A DNA stretch of 63,975 nucleotides, counting the filler, from an uncultured bacterium (GTDB taxonomy: Bacteria; Hinthialibacterota; Hinthialibacteria; Hinthialibacterales; Hinthialibacteraceae): the NCBI GenBank assembly GCA_964449065.1. It is 5 parts of 5 records of this genome, joined end to end, with 100 filler letters (N's around TTAATTAATTAA, not from the genome) between each part and the next. Parts side by side here need not be neighbours in the genome. Positions count along the whole stretch, not along the records: positions 1 to 13,038 come from CAYVAZ010000136.1; positions 13,139 to 25,848 come from CAYVAZ010000138.1; 3 more parts are not named here. One strand, written 5' to 3'. The notes beneath the pieces were generated by a model. That model did not search any database and was not told the DNA's origin. It saw nothing but the letters and a program-made list of their open reading frames with translations. How positions within the stretch are numbered: the first letter of the stretch is position 1; the number at the start of each line of letters is the position of its first letter. Positions 10,061 to 20,262 of this stretch are shown piece after piece. Made by a program: the position numbers and the translations under genes.

Positions 10061-10765
10061 ATGAATCAAACACAAAACGGCATAGAAGCCCAACTCGAAT
10101 CCGTTACCAAAACCTACGTGATGGGCGATCAGGAAGTACACGCCCTGCGCGGGGTGGATGTCTCCTTCCGCAAAGGCGATTTCTGGGCCATCTTAGGAGC
10201 CAGCGGGTCGGGCAAAAGCACCCTCCTCAATCTGCTGGGCTGCTTGGACCGTCCCACCGCGGGTGAATATATCCTTAGCGGCAACCATGTAAAGGAAATG
10301 GATGACGATGCCCTCAGCGAAATCCGCTTGCGCCTGATCGGCTTCATCTTTCAAAGCTTTAACCTGATTCAGCAACTCACGGTTGAAGAAAACATCCAAC
10401 TGCCGTTGTACTATCAAGAAGTGGAAGCCGAAGAAAGCCAGGCCAAAGCCCAAGAACTTGCCCGAATGGTGGGATTGACGGACCGGCTGCGGCATCACCC
10501 TTCCGAACTTTCCGGCGGCCAGCAGCAGCGTGTTGCCATTGCCCGCTCACTGGCAAACGACCCCCAAATCATCCTTGCCGATGAGCCGACCGGGAATCTG
10601 GATTCCAAAACCGGATCGGAAATCATGAAATTATTGTGCGAACTGAACGAACGGGGTAAAACCATAATCATGGTGACCCACGAACAAGAAATCGCCTCGT
10701 TTACAAAAGAGCAGCTCTACATGAAAGACGGACGCGTCGAACGCATCGAAGGACGGTACGCATGA
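10061..10765 (+). CDS. ABC transporter ATP-binding protein (MacB/LolD-like)
   Basis: GASGSGKST, LSGGQQQRVAIAR, ILADEPTGNLD, VTHE. Start is uncertain. Confidence 0.93.
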   Translation: MNQTQNGIEAQLESVTKTYVMGDQEVHALRGVDVSFRKGDFWAILGASGSGKSTLLNLLGCLDRPTAGEYILSGNHVKEMDDDALSEIRLRLIGFIFQSFNLIQQLTVEENIQLPLYYQEVEAEESQAKAQELARMVGLTDRLRHHPSELSGGQQQRVAIARSLANDPQIILADEPTGNLDSKTGSEIMKLLCELNERGKTIIMVTHEQEIASFTKEQLYMKDGRVERIEGRYA

Positions 10766-12030
10766 AAAACTCCCGCATCTATAGAGAAGTAAAAATGGGC
10801 GTCAAAAACTTGCTGAATCACAAACTGCGTTCGTTTCTTACCATGTTGGGGATTGTATTCGGTGTCAGCAGCGTCATTTCCATGCTGGCAGTAGGCGAAG
10901 GCGCCAACCGCGATGTGATGGAACAAATTCAAAAGCTGGGCAGCAACAACATCATCATCAATAGCGTGAAACCCATCGAAAGTGAAACGTCCAAAGATGT
11001 CATGGTCCGTATGAATGTCTACGGCCTGAAATATGACGATCACCGGCGTATTCAAGACAGCTTTACACACGTCCGTGAAACCGTTCCGGTAAAAATTGTC
11101 CGCAACCAAGCACAATTGGGTTCACGCACCATGGATATCCGCGTGTTGGGAGTCACGCCGAATTGGTTTCATTTGGTCAAACGGCCGCTCATCGCCGGGC
11201 GGACCTTGACGCAAAGCGATCTGGATACCAACGCAAAAACCGTTGTGTTGACTGAATACGGAGCCCGTAGACTTCTGGCAACGGAACACAGCATCAGCCA
11301 AACCATCCGCATTGGCGGCGTGGTGTTTGAAGTTGTCGGAATCGTGCAAAGCGAAGGCAGCCAGGGCAGCAATGTTCAAACGCCCGATCAGCAAATCGAC
11401 GCGTATATGCCCATCAATGTCGCTCGCAGCCGCTTTGGCGATATCATCCTCAAACGCACAGCCGGCGCCGAAATCCGCGAAAAAGTCGAACTGCATCAAA
11501 TCATTGTGCAGGTCGACCAATTGGATAACGTGGAAAGCACCGCCGCTGGAATCGAATATGTCTTAGAACGGTTTCACAATCAAGAAGACTACCAAGTGAA
11601 TGTCCCTTTGGCACTGCTAAAACAAGCCCGCCAAACCAAACGCACCTTCAACATTGTATTGGGCGCGATTGCCGGCATCAGCTTGTTGGTTGGCGGTATC
11701 GGCATCATGAACATCATGCTCGCCGCCGTAACCGAACGCACCCGCGAAATCGGCGTCCGCCGCGCCATCGGTGCCAAACGCAAACAGATCATTCAACAGT
11801 TTCTCATTGAAACAGTAACCCTGTCCGTCACCGGGGGACTGATCGGCGCCATTTTAGGAATCATGATTCCCCGTGTGATCACACACTTTGCTGATATGCC
11901 CACCATTGTGACGCCGGAAAGCCTCATTCTCTCCATCGGCATCAGCCTGACTGTCGGCATCATCTTCGGCTTATACCCGGCCATCCGCGCCGCCAACCTG
12001 GACCCAATAGTCGCCCTCCGCCATGAGTAA
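10762..12030 (+). CDS. ABC transporter permease (MacB/FtsX-like)
   Basis: RSFLTMLGIVFGV, VGGIGIMNIML..VTERTREIGVRRAIGA, LDPIVALRHE. Confidence 0.93.
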   Translation: MKNSRIYREVKMGVKNLLNHKLRSFLTMLGIVFGVSSVISMLAVGEGANRDVMEQIQKLGSNNIIINSVKPIESETSKDVMVRMNVYGLKYDDHRRIQDSFTHVRETVPVKIVRNQAQLGSRTMDIRVLGVTPNWFHLVKRPLIAGRTLTQSDLDTNAKTVVLTEYGARRLLATEHSISQTIRIGGVVFEVVGIVQSEGSQGSNVQTPDQQIDAYMPINVARSRFGDIILKRTAGAEIREKVELHQIIVQVDQLDNVESTAAGIEYVLERFHNQEDYQVNVPLALLKQARQTKRTFNIVLGAIAGISLLVGGIGIMNIMLAAVTERTREIGVRRAIGAKRKQIIQQFLIETVTLSVTGGLIGAILGIMIPRVITHFADMPTIVTPESLILSIGISLTVGIIFGLYPAIRAANLDPIVALRHE

Positions 12031-12227
12031 TACCAGATTGCTAAGAGTAAGTGAGTGATTCCATCTTTTATTTTATAAGGCAATGTATGAATAACATTCT
12101 CAATGCCCTCCGTGCCAACTTGGTATAAGTCGCCGAACCTACAAATCATACTCCCTTGTAAAAATTGATATGTTCCTGTTGATATCCATCATTCAATTTC
12201 CCCATACCAATGCTATGATTATTTATC

Positions 12228-12767
12228 ATGAACTTCACTCAACTTTCCATCCCAAATGCCTACTGCATCACCTTACATCCTTCGGGGGATGAAAGAGGCT
12301 CCTTCACGCGCATCTTCTGCCAAAACCAATTTCGCGGGCACAATCTCCAGCACGATATCAAACAGGTCAACACTTCATACAACCAAAAAAAAAGCACCCT
12401 CCGCGGCATGCACTTCCAAGCCCCGCCGCATGAAGAAGCCAAACTCGTACAATGCATTCAAGGCGCAATCTTTGATGTTCTGCTTGATCTCCGCGAAGAT
12501 TCCCCCGCCTATCTGCAATGGCATTCCCTTGAACTGCGCGCGGGTGATTCCCTCGCAGTCTACATCCCTGAAGGCGTAGCCCACGGTTTCCTCACTCTCG
12601 AAGACAACTCTACCGTCTTATACCACATGTTCCACGATTACCATCCGCAAAGCGCATCCGGCGTTTTATGGAACGATCCCGCCTTCAACATCCAATGGCC
12701 CTTCGCCCCAGCCGTCATCTCCAAAAAAGACGCCGGCTTTCCTCTCTACAAATCCTTCAACCAATAG
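12228..12767 (+). CDS. rfbC: dTDP-4-dehydrorhamnose 3,5-epimerase
   Basis: DERGSF, TLRGMHFQ, AHGFLTL, WNDPAFNIQWP. Confidence 0.92.
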   Translation: MNFTQLSIPNAYCITLHPSGDERGSFTRIFCQNQFRGHNLQHDIKQVNTSYNQKKSTLRGMHFQAPPHEEAKLVQCIQGAIFDVLLDLREDSPAYLQWHSLELRAGDSLAVYIPEGVAHGFLTLEDNSTVLYHMFHDYHPQSASGVLWNDPAFNIQWPFAPAVISKKDAGFPLYKSFNQ

Positions 12768-12867
12768 AACCAACTTGCAAGGCGGCTCACGAAGCTGCCT
12801 ACCGGATAACGGTGGCAATTTACGATAGGCCGGATCATCTGCTTTTACCGGAATGAAGCGTACTTCC

Positions 12868-13009
12868 GGCTCGGCAGGAGGTTTGCCCTTCCATGGGCTC
12901 GCTTCGCGAAAGGTGGGCTACCGGACAAAGCCCTTCGGTTGGATTCAGGCTTGCACCCGCTTTGACATAAAGCGTAATCAAGATTGTAAGAGTGTTGAGC
13001 CCACCCTAC
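12868..13009 (+). repeat. 143-bp structured composite repeat (REPIN-like), copy 1
   Basis: Colinear with 27984-28126 (minus) and 31384-31526; GGTGGGCT...AGCCCACCCTAC ends. Confidence 0.75.
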
Positions 13010-13038
13010 CAATATAACGGACATTTTTTATTTCAAAT

Positions 13039-13138
13039 NNNNNNNNNNNNNNNNNNNNNNNNNNNNNNNNNNNNNNNNNNNNTTAATTAATTAANNNNNN
13101 NNNNNNNNNNNNNNNNNNNNNNNNNNNNNNNNNNNNNN
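13039..13138. other. Artificial contig-join spacer (also at 25849-25948, 38594-38693, 51328-51427)
   Basis: N44-TTAATTAATTAA-N44; the internal contigs decrease in length (12710, 12645, 12634 bp). Confidence 0.97.
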
Positions 13139-13277
13139 CGGCGGTGGGCTTGATGACCATGACGTTGGGCGCGGTCAATTCACCCGTCACCGGTGGAACG
13201 GGGATTTGCTGCGAATGGGTGATAATGGTATTGAACAGCAATGCGGCAAATATAGAAACCCTCAACAAATATTTCAC
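13139..13277 (-). CDS. Secreted protein, N-terminus only (truncated by contig end); possibly TolB by position
   Basis: Signal peptide MKYLLRVSIFAALLFNTIITHS; RBS AAGGAG; follows tolQ/tolR/tolA-like genes. Confidence 0.5.
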
Positions 13278-13306
13278 GTGTGTGTCTCCTTTTTATTCGA
13301 ATAAAT

Positions 13307-14128
13307 TTAGCGTTTTTGCAGTACAAATGGTACCCGAACTTGTACCGATGATGCCGGGAACGTAGGGGGCAGTTCGGGAACCGGATTTGCATTTTTTAAG
13401 GCATTTAATACGGTTTGATCCATCAAAGCCCAACCTGAATCGGTTAAGATTGTAGCGTTGCTGATATTACCCTTTTTGTCAATTACAAAACTGACAATGG
13501 TTGTATAATCCCGGCTTTCCGGGGGAGTTGTTCTGGGTTTGCGCCAATGGCGGGAAAGGTGATTGCTGAGTTTGGTGCCGTAGGTGCTTTTGTCTTCATC
13601 CGAGACGCCTTCGACTTTCGGGAACATTTCTCCGTAGTTGAACGCGGGCTTTCCGGTGGGGGAAGGCGGCGGCGTTTTCAATAAATCTTCAAAACTGACG
13701 ATTTCCTGCGGTGGGGTTGGTGTTTTCGAGGGGGCCAGTGTGGGAGTGGGTTTGGGGGTATGTGTTTCGGTCGGCACCGGGGTGTTCGACGGCTTGGGTG
13801 TCGGCTTATTTGTTGGCTTTTTCGTCGGGCGTTTTGTAGGGGTATTGGTTGGTTTCGCCGTCGGCGTGTTTGTTGGTTTTTTGGTAGGTTTGGGCGTTGG
13901 TTTTACACGCGTTTTGATGGCTTGAATGGTATCTTCGCTGAGTTCTTGTTGGGGCTTTTCCGGTTCGGGTTCGGGCGGTTGGGGTTGTTCTTCCTGCGGT
14001 TCGGTTAGATTGACCGTCATATATTGCTGCTTTGGCGGCTTGTAGGTGGCGCGGGTAGGCAGAACAAGATAAATCAAAATTGACGCATGAATCAGAACGG
14101 AAATGGTAATGGCGGTTCTGTGTTTCAT
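13307..14128 (-). CDS. TonB/TolA family energy transducer
   Basis: SVLIH TM motif, Pro/Thr-rich linker, C-terminal VSFVIDKKGNI...SGWALMDQ..LNALKNA.P.P. Confidence 0.88.
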   Translation of the reverse strand: MKHRTAITISVLIHASILIYLVLPTRATYKPPKQQYMTVNLTEPQEEQPQPPEPEPEKPQQELSEDTIQAIKTRVKPTPKPTKKPTNTPTAKPTNTPTKRPTKKPTNKPTPKPSNTPVPTETHTPKPTPTLAPSKTPTPPQEIVSFEDLLKTPPPSPTGKPAFNYGEMFPKVEGVSDEDKSTYGTKLSNHLSRHWRKPRTTPPESRDYTTIVSFVIDKKGNISNATILTDSGWALMDQTVLNALKNANPVPELPPTFPASSVQVRVPFVLQKR

Positions 14129-14137
14129 GATGTACCT

Positions 14138-14554
14138 CTATGCCCCGTTTGATTTCTCATCCGCGGCAATACCAACTTGAATGAATCCGGCCTCTTTGGC
14201 AATCGCCATGACGGAAACCAATTGTTCGACCAATGCCAGCCCGTCGCTGTGGATGTAAACGCGTTCCCCCGGTTTTTCTTCATACAAACTCTGCATCACC
14301 GCGGGCAATTGGTCCTCCGATACGGTTTCCCCGTTTACGGTAACGGTTCCCGGAGCGCTGATGCCGATTACGATGCTTTGTTTGCCGGAGCGTTCGGTAT
14401 AGGTTGCTTGTGGCAGATCGATGTTCAGGCCGGTCTGCACAAAGTTTGAAATTAAAATAAACACCACCAACAGCACCATGATGATATCGATGAGGTTGGT
14501 AATGTTGACTTCGGTTAACGGTTCGCGGCGGTATCGCGTTTTACGAAGCGGCAT
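14138..14554 (-). CDS. ExbD/TolR biopolymer transport protein
   Basis: EVNITNLIDIIMVLLVVF, IDLPQA. The real start is MPLRK at 14554. Confidence 0.9.
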   Translation of the reverse strand: MPLRKTRYRREPLTEVNITNLIDIIMVLLVVFILISNFVQTGLNIDLPQATYTERSGKQSIVIGISAPGTVTVNGETVSEDQLPAVMQSLYEEKPGERVYIHSDGLALVEQLVSVMAIAKEAGFIQVGIAADEKSNGA

Positions 14555-15365
14555 TTTTTCTCCTTGCCGGTTTGCGTTCCGGTGTGCTTTTGCCATATCC
14601 CGGTTCGACGACAATTTGCCGGTCAAAGTGGTTGATGATCTCGTACGCGAAGCTTTCCAGATGGTTCTCAACCGAGCGTATGGACCGGACGATGGCATTG
14701 TGCGCGAACACGGCTGGGATTGCAACCAATAATCCAGCGACTGTGGTCAGCAACGCCACGGAAATCCCTTGTGAGACCGTGCTGAGGCTGGTGTTTTCAG
14801 CCATTCCCATTTGTTGGAAGGAGATGTAGATGCCCCAGACAGTCCCCAAGAGTCCTAACAAGGGAGAAACGGTTGAGATGGTAGCCAGTAACGTGGTGCC
14901 GTAATCCCATTTATCTTTTTCGAGTTCGATGGTGCGGTCTAAGGTGCGTTCGAGCGGGGTGACGATGGGCCGGGTGGAGATGATGCAGTTTCGTTTGCGG
15001 TCCAGGGTGGCCCAAAGGCGGAGTTCTTCATAGGCCGCAACGAAAAGGCGTGCCGGGCTGCTGTTGGGCATGATGCCTTCTTGCGACAAGGCGACGATAT
15101 CGCCGTCTTTCGACAAAAAGAGTTTGCGGAACGATTTAGATTTTTTGGCTTCCGCCCGCAGGTCCATAACTTTTTTGATGATGATTGCCCATGAAATGAT
15201 GGAGAGAACGGCAAGGATGAGATAGATGCCGAGGGTTAAGATTGAAACACTGAGATCAAAGCCGCCGCTGGGCAGGGCTTCCGCCGCGATTTGCGGGGGT
15301 ATGGTGGTGCCGGTGGCGTTTTCTATTTGTGCGGTCATGAGCCGCAGCAAGGTGTGATGCTGCAT
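14541..15365 (-). CDS. MotA/TolQ/ExbB proton channel protein
   Basis: LATISTVSPLLGLLGTVWGI, GISVALLTTVAGLLVAIPA. Confidence 0.92.
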   Translation of the reverse strand: MQHHTLLRLMTAQIENATGTTIPPQIAAEALPSGGFDLSVSILTLGIYLILAVLSIISWAIIIKKVMDLRAEAKKSKSFRKLFLSKDGDIVALSQEGIMPNSSPARLFVAAYEELRLWATLDRKRNCIISTRPIVTPLERTLDRTIELEKDKWDYGTTLLATISTVSPLLGLLGTVWGIYISFQQMGMAENTSLSTVSQGISVALLTTVAGLLVAIPAVFAHNAIVRSIRSVENHLESFAYEIINHFDRQIVVEPGYGKSTPERKPARRKNAAS

Positions 15366-15401
15366 GAACGTACGAATTCCTTTCTGAGTTGCTTCATCGC
15401 A

Positions 15402-16163
15402 TTATGGGATATTGACCGTTTGTCCGACACGGATCAGTGAAGGATTAATGCCGGGATTGGCGCCGATCAATGCTTGTGTAGTCACGTTATGATCCGCAGC
15501 GATTTTGGAAAGGGTATCGCCGGATTTTACGGTGTAAGTATTACCGGATGCTGTGGTTTGTTGTGTTGAAGGAGGAGCCTCTACCCCCAAATCTTTAAGG
15601 ATGCGGTCAAAGATTTTGCGGTTTTCCTGATCCATGGTTGTGATTTGCGATTGCAGGCTGTTGATGCTGGAGCGAAGGGATTGATCCTGCTGTTTTAGAC
15701 CGGACGCTTCCGCACGGATGGAGGAGATAATTTCGCGCATGTTTTCAATGTGCTGATTGAGGTTGCGGTTGGATTCCTCTTTGGCTTGCTGGATGTTTTG
15801 GTTTAGGGTGTTGAAGTTATCCAGCGCTTGGGTATCGAGTTGATTTAACTTTTGCTGCATTTGGGCCGTTTGCCGTTCCACCGCGGCGAGGCGGTTGGAG
15901 AGTTGCTCGACCAAGGATTCCAGATTGGTTTGGCTGTAGCGGATATCGCGAAAGGCTTGCGAAATTTCCTGCTGGAGTTCGGAGAGGGATGATGTGGTGA
16001 ATTCGCTTTCTTGTTGGGCGGTTTCTTGGTAGCGTTCCAACTGGGTTTCGAGCGAATTGACCGAGCCTTGCAATTGATTGATTCGCTTGTTGGAGCAGCC
16101 TATAAATAGGGATAGTATACATAGGTATCCCACTATGGATGGCGCGTTCCAGCATTTATACAT
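15402..16163 (-). CDS. Coiled-coil lipoprotein with C-terminal LysM domain
   Basis: LFIGC lipobox, long heptad coiled coil, YTVKSGDTLSKIA...LIGANP...IRVGQTVNIP. Confidence 0.88.
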   Translation of the reverse strand: MYKCWNAPSIVGYLCILSLFIGCSNKRINQLQGSVNSLETQLERYQETAQQESEFTTSSLSELQQEISQAFRDIRYSQTNLESLVEQLSNRLAAVERQTAQMQQKLNQLDTQALDNFNTLNQNIQQAKEESNRNLNQHIENMREIISSIRAEASGLKQQDQSLRSSINSLQSQITTMDQENRKIFDRILKDLGVEAPPSTQQTTASGNTYTVKSGDTLSKIAADHNVTTQALIGANPGINPSLIRVGQTVNIP

Positions 16164-16342
16164 AGCCTCAACCTCAAAAAATTACTTTATCGCATCCCTA
16201 AAACAAGTACAATCGATGTTACTATAATGTTCTGTATAAACATAGCATAGACTTGTTCAAATAAAAAACAAGATCAATTATGAATTTGTGCGCACCGATT
16301 TTTCTTTCTGTTTATTGTGAAGCGCTTGTGAGGAGAGCATGA

Positions 16343-17848
16343 ATGGCCGCGAAAGATACATCCAAGAAGTCCAATCAAACGAAGCCACAAGGTGAACAAC
16401 CTGAACAAAATCCCGATGACTTTCAGCCGGGAGATGGTTTGTCGTTATCGTTTGAAGAGGATGGGTTGATCGCCAAGTTAGAAGTTGCGTTGGAATACGG
16501 TTCCCGCTATACCCAGGACAGTTTGAAACATTATTTGTACGATCAAAATGTTGTAAATGGAATCGATTTGGATGCTCTCCGTTCGCTTTTAATCGAAGAG
16601 AATTTCAATGAATGTGTGATAGTTGCCAGAGGTGTCCCGCCTGAACATGGGAAAGACGGGTATGTTGATTGGGAAGTGGATATATCGGTTTTGGACGGCG
16701 CGAAGCTGATTGAAAAAGGCGGCAAGGTGGATTGGAAGCAGCAGCATCATGTGCTGCCGGTGAAGAAAGACCAATTGCTGGCTACACTGGTGCCCCCAAC
16801 GAATGGAACCTCCGGAAAGGATGTGCATGGTAAAGAAATTCAAGCAAACCAAGGGAATCCCGCGAAATTGCCGGGAGGAAAGAATATCCGCATCGATGAG
16901 GCCGGGGAGAAAATGATTGCGGAAATTGACGGCGCGGTCAGCCGCGAGGGGGAAAAATACGTTATTTCCGAGACATACGATGTTCAGGGGGATGTGTCGT
17001 ATGAGAGCGGGAATGTGGATTTTCATGGGACGGTGGTGATCAACGGCGGTGTGCTATCGGATTTTCAGGTGAAATCCGGGCAGGATATTCATGTGAACGG
17101 GTTGGTGGAAGGCGCACTGTTGGATGCGAAAGGCAGCATATTTATTAACGGAGGTATTCAAGGAAATCAGAAGGCGACGATCATTGCCGGGGGGGATATC
17201 ACCGTGAAATATGTTCACAACACGCGGTTGCAGGCGATGGGGAATGTGATTGTGAATTCGGCGATAACGCAGTCGTTTGTGCATTCTCATGACCGGGTGA
17301 TTGTGGAAGGGCCGAAAGGCACGATCACCGGCGGGACGGTCTACGCGGAAAATGAAATATCGGCAGATGTGTATGGGGCGGAGATTGGAACAAAGACCAA
17401 AGTTATCTTGGGAAACGACATATTGGCGTTTTCAGATAGATTGCACCAGCATGAAAAAAAAATGAAGGTGATGAAGGAAAACGCGCAAAGATTGGATCAC
17501 GCATTGCAACAACTGAACAGATTGCGGGATGCCGGGAAAATTTCACCGGAGCATGAGCAGATGCGGCTTAAATTGGTCCGGGCGGATATGCAGCAAAGAG
17601 GCCAAGTGAAAAAACTGCAGGGCGCTCAGGATGAGATGAAAAAAGAACTGGAACTGGCGCGTAAAAAACAAAAAGGGGTTGTGGTTCGGGATAAAGCGTG
17701 GGCGGGAACGACGATTCAGGTATTGAAAGAGACGTTTGTCGTGCAGAAAGAAGTGAACAAAGTAATCTTTGCCATGCCCGGCGATGAAATAAAGCAGTTC
17801 GGTTATAAGGTAACGGACGGCAAAGAAGTGGCAAGTGAAAAGCAATAA
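16343..17848 (+). CDS. FapA/DUF342 family protein
   Basis: VARGVPPEHGKDG, GDVSYESGNVDFHG, beta-helix repeats, C-terminal coiled coil. Confidence 0.85.
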   Translation: MAAKDTSKKSNQTKPQGEQPEQNPDDFQPGDGLSLSFEEDGLIAKLEVALEYGSRYTQDSLKHYLYDQNVVNGIDLDALRSLLIEENFNECVIVARGVPPEHGKDGYVDWEVDISVLDGAKLIEKGGKVDWKQQHHVLPVKKDQLLATLVPPTNGTSGKDVHGKEIQANQGNPAKLPGGKNIRIDEAGEKMIAEIDGAVSREGEKYVISETYDVQGDVSYESGNVDFHGTVVINGGVLSDFQVKSGQDIHVNGLVEGALLDAKGSIFINGGIQGNQKATIIAGGDITVKYVHNTRLQAMGNVIVNSAITQSFVHSHDRVIVEGPKGTITGGTVYAENEISADVYGAEIGTKTKVILGNDILAFSDRLHQHEKKMKVMKENAQRLDHALQQLNRLRDAGKISPEHEQMRLKLVRADMQQRGQVKKLQGAQDEMKKELELARKKQKGVVVRDKAWAGTTIQVLKETFVVQKEVNKVIFAMPGDEIKQFGYKVTDGKEVASEKQ

Positions 17849-17855
17849 CAATAGG

Positions 17856-18575
17856 CTACGATAAATCGGTTGGAATGTTGACCAACACGGTTCCCGGACT
17901 GTAAAAACCTTCCGCGTATTTCACCCCCGTTAATGACCCTAAATATTGATTCAGCGACTCAACTTGCTGCAAGTAATCTTGCAGCCCCGCGTATTTGTAG
18001 CCGTCCGGCAATTCGGGGTTTATGAACTGGCTTTCGTAGGCTTTAAGTGAATTCAGTTTGATTTGGAAGTAATCGGAAATATCGACGGTGAAGCGGACAT
18101 CTTGGGTGTCGTGAATGAAGTAATGGAAGAGCCGTTGGGGTGAGTGGGCGGCGTAAAGGGTTTCGATTTTGGGCATACGGGCTTGGAAGAACGCGCTGGT
18201 GATGAGTTCGGCGGCGCCTTTGTGATCGGGATGGCGGTCAAAGGGCGGGGTGATGAATAGATAGTTGGCTTTGGTTTGGCGGATCAGATCGATGATTTTG
18301 GAGCGGTTGGCTTTGGTATCGCGGATGTTGCCGTCGCCTAGATCCGCATTGTCGCGGAATTGAAGTTTTAGAATCTTTGAGGCGTTATCGGCTTCTTGTG
18401 CGCGGATGGTGGCATTGCCCTTGGTGCCAACCTCGCCGCGGGTCAGATCGACAATGCCCACACGCTTGCCTTGGTCGATCATTTTGGCGATAGTGCCGCC
18501 CATGCCGATTTCGGCATCATCGGGATGCGGGGCGAAGACGAGAGCGTCGAGAGGTGTTTCTAAAACGTTTTTCAT
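17856..18575 (-). CDS. bshB1: Bacillithiol biosynthesis deacetylase (PIG-L family)
   Basis: FAPHPDDAEIGMGGTI, DLTRGEVGTKG, DRHPDH, AYESQF, GVKYAEGF. Confidence 0.82.
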   Translation of the reverse strand: MKNVLETPLDALVFAPHPDDAEIGMGGTIAKMIDQGKRVGIVDLTRGEVGTKGNATIRAQEADNASKILKLQFRDNADLGDGNIRDTKANRSKIIDLIRQTKANYLFITPPFDRHPDHKGAAELITSAFFQARMPKIETLYAAHSPQRLFHYFIHDTQDVRFTVDISDYFQIKLNSLKAYESQFINPELPDGYKYAGLQDYLQQVESLNQYLGSLTGVKYAEGFYSPGTVLVNIPTDLS

Positions 18576-18584
18576 TATTTTTAG

Positions 18585-18956
18585 TTACACTTTATTCGGA
18601 TTTAGAAATATTCTGTAATCCAGGTCGAACACAGTGGAAAACTTTTTGGCTATGGATTCGTCTATTTGTTTTTTACGATTTTCCAAAGAGGAAATAACGT
18701 GTCTGGAAATTCCTGATTTTTCGGCAAGTTGCTTTTGAGTGAATCCCGATTTTTCACGTGCCGCGATTAAAGCCTCTGCCCCTGAAAATTCAGAATAGGC
18801 TTCTTCCAACCGAACGGATTCCGAAACAAAACGGTATCCGTAGGACCGAATAGCGAGTAGAACTTCATCTTTGTTTTTTTCGGGTCCAATAATTTGTAAT
18901 TCAATAGGATTTGTAGACTGCTGATTAATAGGGTGCTTCATCGTGAGTGCCGGCAT
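18585..18956 (-). CDS. XRE-family HTH antitoxin (HigA-like)
   Basis: AREKSGFTQKQLAEKSGISRHVISSLEN; overlaps the upstream toxin pseudogene. Confidence 0.85.
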   Translation of the reverse strand: MPALTMKHPINQQSTNPIELQIIGPEKNKDEVLLAIRSYGYRFVSESVRLEEAYSEFSGAEALIAAREKSGFTQKQLAEKSGISRHVISSLENRKKQIDESIAKKFSTVFDLDYRIFLNPNKV

Positions 18957-19203
18957 ACGTTACCTCGATGATTCTTTCCTGTTTATCAATTACATGCCAT
19001 ATTACAACATAAGTTGGTTTCCCAAATTTTACATGGCCATGATAGCGGTTTTTGGATAATTTTCCAAAGTTTTTCCAGTTTCCGCGAACCGGACCGGAAA
19101 ATTTCAGGTCGTATAAAAGAAATTGAATTGCCCGCTTTACTTTTGTCGGGGATTCATCAATGCTTTTTTGTGCTTTAGGATGAATGAGAATAGTTCAAAC
19201 CAT
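18925..19203 (-). pseudogene. RelE/HigB-like toxin with a premature TGA at codon 3
   Basis: Manual translation: MV*TILIHPKAQKSI...GPVRGNWKNFGKL..RYHGHVKFGKPTYVVIW...IEVTYAGTHDEAPY. Absent from the ORF track. Confidence 0.8.
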
Positions 19204-19272
19204 TTTTAGCGGGGTTCAAATAACCGTTCTTTTTTAACGGCTATATTGGGTTGATTTATTTTAAAGAAAGGG

Positions 19273-20262
19273 ATGGATATGTATAGAGTCGGCATGATTG
19301 GGATGGAAGGGCATACAAGATTTACATGGGATTCGCTGCCGGAATTGCGGAATGTGAAGTTGGCGGCGGTGACGATTCAGAATGAAGGGCAAATGGAGAA
19401 GTGGAGACGGTCAAGCCAATACAGCCCGTTTGTGAGTGAGTACGATGACTATTGCCGTATGTTGGACCAGGAACATTTGGATATTGTTTGCGTTTATACC
19501 CCGAACAACATGCACGCGGAGTGTGTGCAAGCCGCAGCCGCCTACGGTGCGCATATTTATACGGAGAAACCGTTGGCCACCACCTTGGAGGATTTGGCAT
19601 CAACCCAAAAAGCGGTTGAAGATGCCGGGGTAGTGATGACGATGATGCTATCGATGCGGATGGATGGGAAGTATCAAAAAGTTCGTGAGGTTGTGCGGCA
19701 AGGGTTGATCGGTGAAGTGACGCAATGTTCGGCGCAGAAGTCGTATAAGGTCGGGTCGCGCAGTGAATGGGAGCGCAGCCGCGAAGGGTTGGGCGGTACC
19801 ATTCCATACATTGGCTGCCACGCGCTGGATTTGATCCGGTGGACAAGCGGTTTGGAGTTTGTGAAGGGGTGCGCGTTTCACAATAATGTGGGGGACCCGT
19901 ATTTGGAGGAGATGGAGAACTCGGCATCCATTTCTATTCTAGCCGATAACGGCGCGACCATATCGACGCGGCTGGATTATTGCCGCCCCGCGCAAGCGCC
20001 ATCGCATGGTGACGACCGCTTGCGCATCGCCGGGACGTTGGGCGTGATTGAAGTGATGAAGGGTGAGATCAAAGTGATTACCGATCAGCAAGAAGAAACG
20101 TTGTTGCCTCCCACAAAAAAGGTGGAGCAGTTTTCGAATTTGATTGCCGCGATTGAGGGCAGAGAGAAATTGCTGGTGCCGGCCGAAGATGCCTACCGGA
20201 TTACCGAGATTGTGTTAAAACTTCGCCATGCCGCGGACCGTCAAGAAATGGTTGAGTTGTAA
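19273..20262 (+). CDS. Gfo/Idh/MocA family oxidoreductase
   Basis: VGMIG, HIYTEKPLA, GGTIPYIGCHALD. Confidence 0.9.
   Translation: MDMYRVGMIGMEGHTRFTWDSLPELRNVKLAAVTIQNEGQMEKWRRSSQYSPFVSEYDDYCRMLDQEHLDIVCVYTPNNMHAECVQAAAAYGAHIYTEKPLATTLEDLASTQKAVEDAGVVMTMMLSMRMDGKYQKVREVVRQGLIGEVTQCSAQKSYKVGSRSEWERSREGLGGTIPYIGCHALDLIRWTSGLEFVKGCAFHNNVGDPYLEEMENSASISILADNGATISTRLDYCRPAQAPSHGDDRLRIAGTLGVIEVMKGEIKVITDQQEETLLPPTKKVEQFSNLIAAIEGREKLLVPAEDAYRITEIVLKLRHAADRQEMVEL

Noticed and set aside
16343..17848. FapA/DUF342 as evidence of a flagellar locus
   Set aside because: No flagellar or chemotaxis genes nearby; the family occurs in varied contexts.
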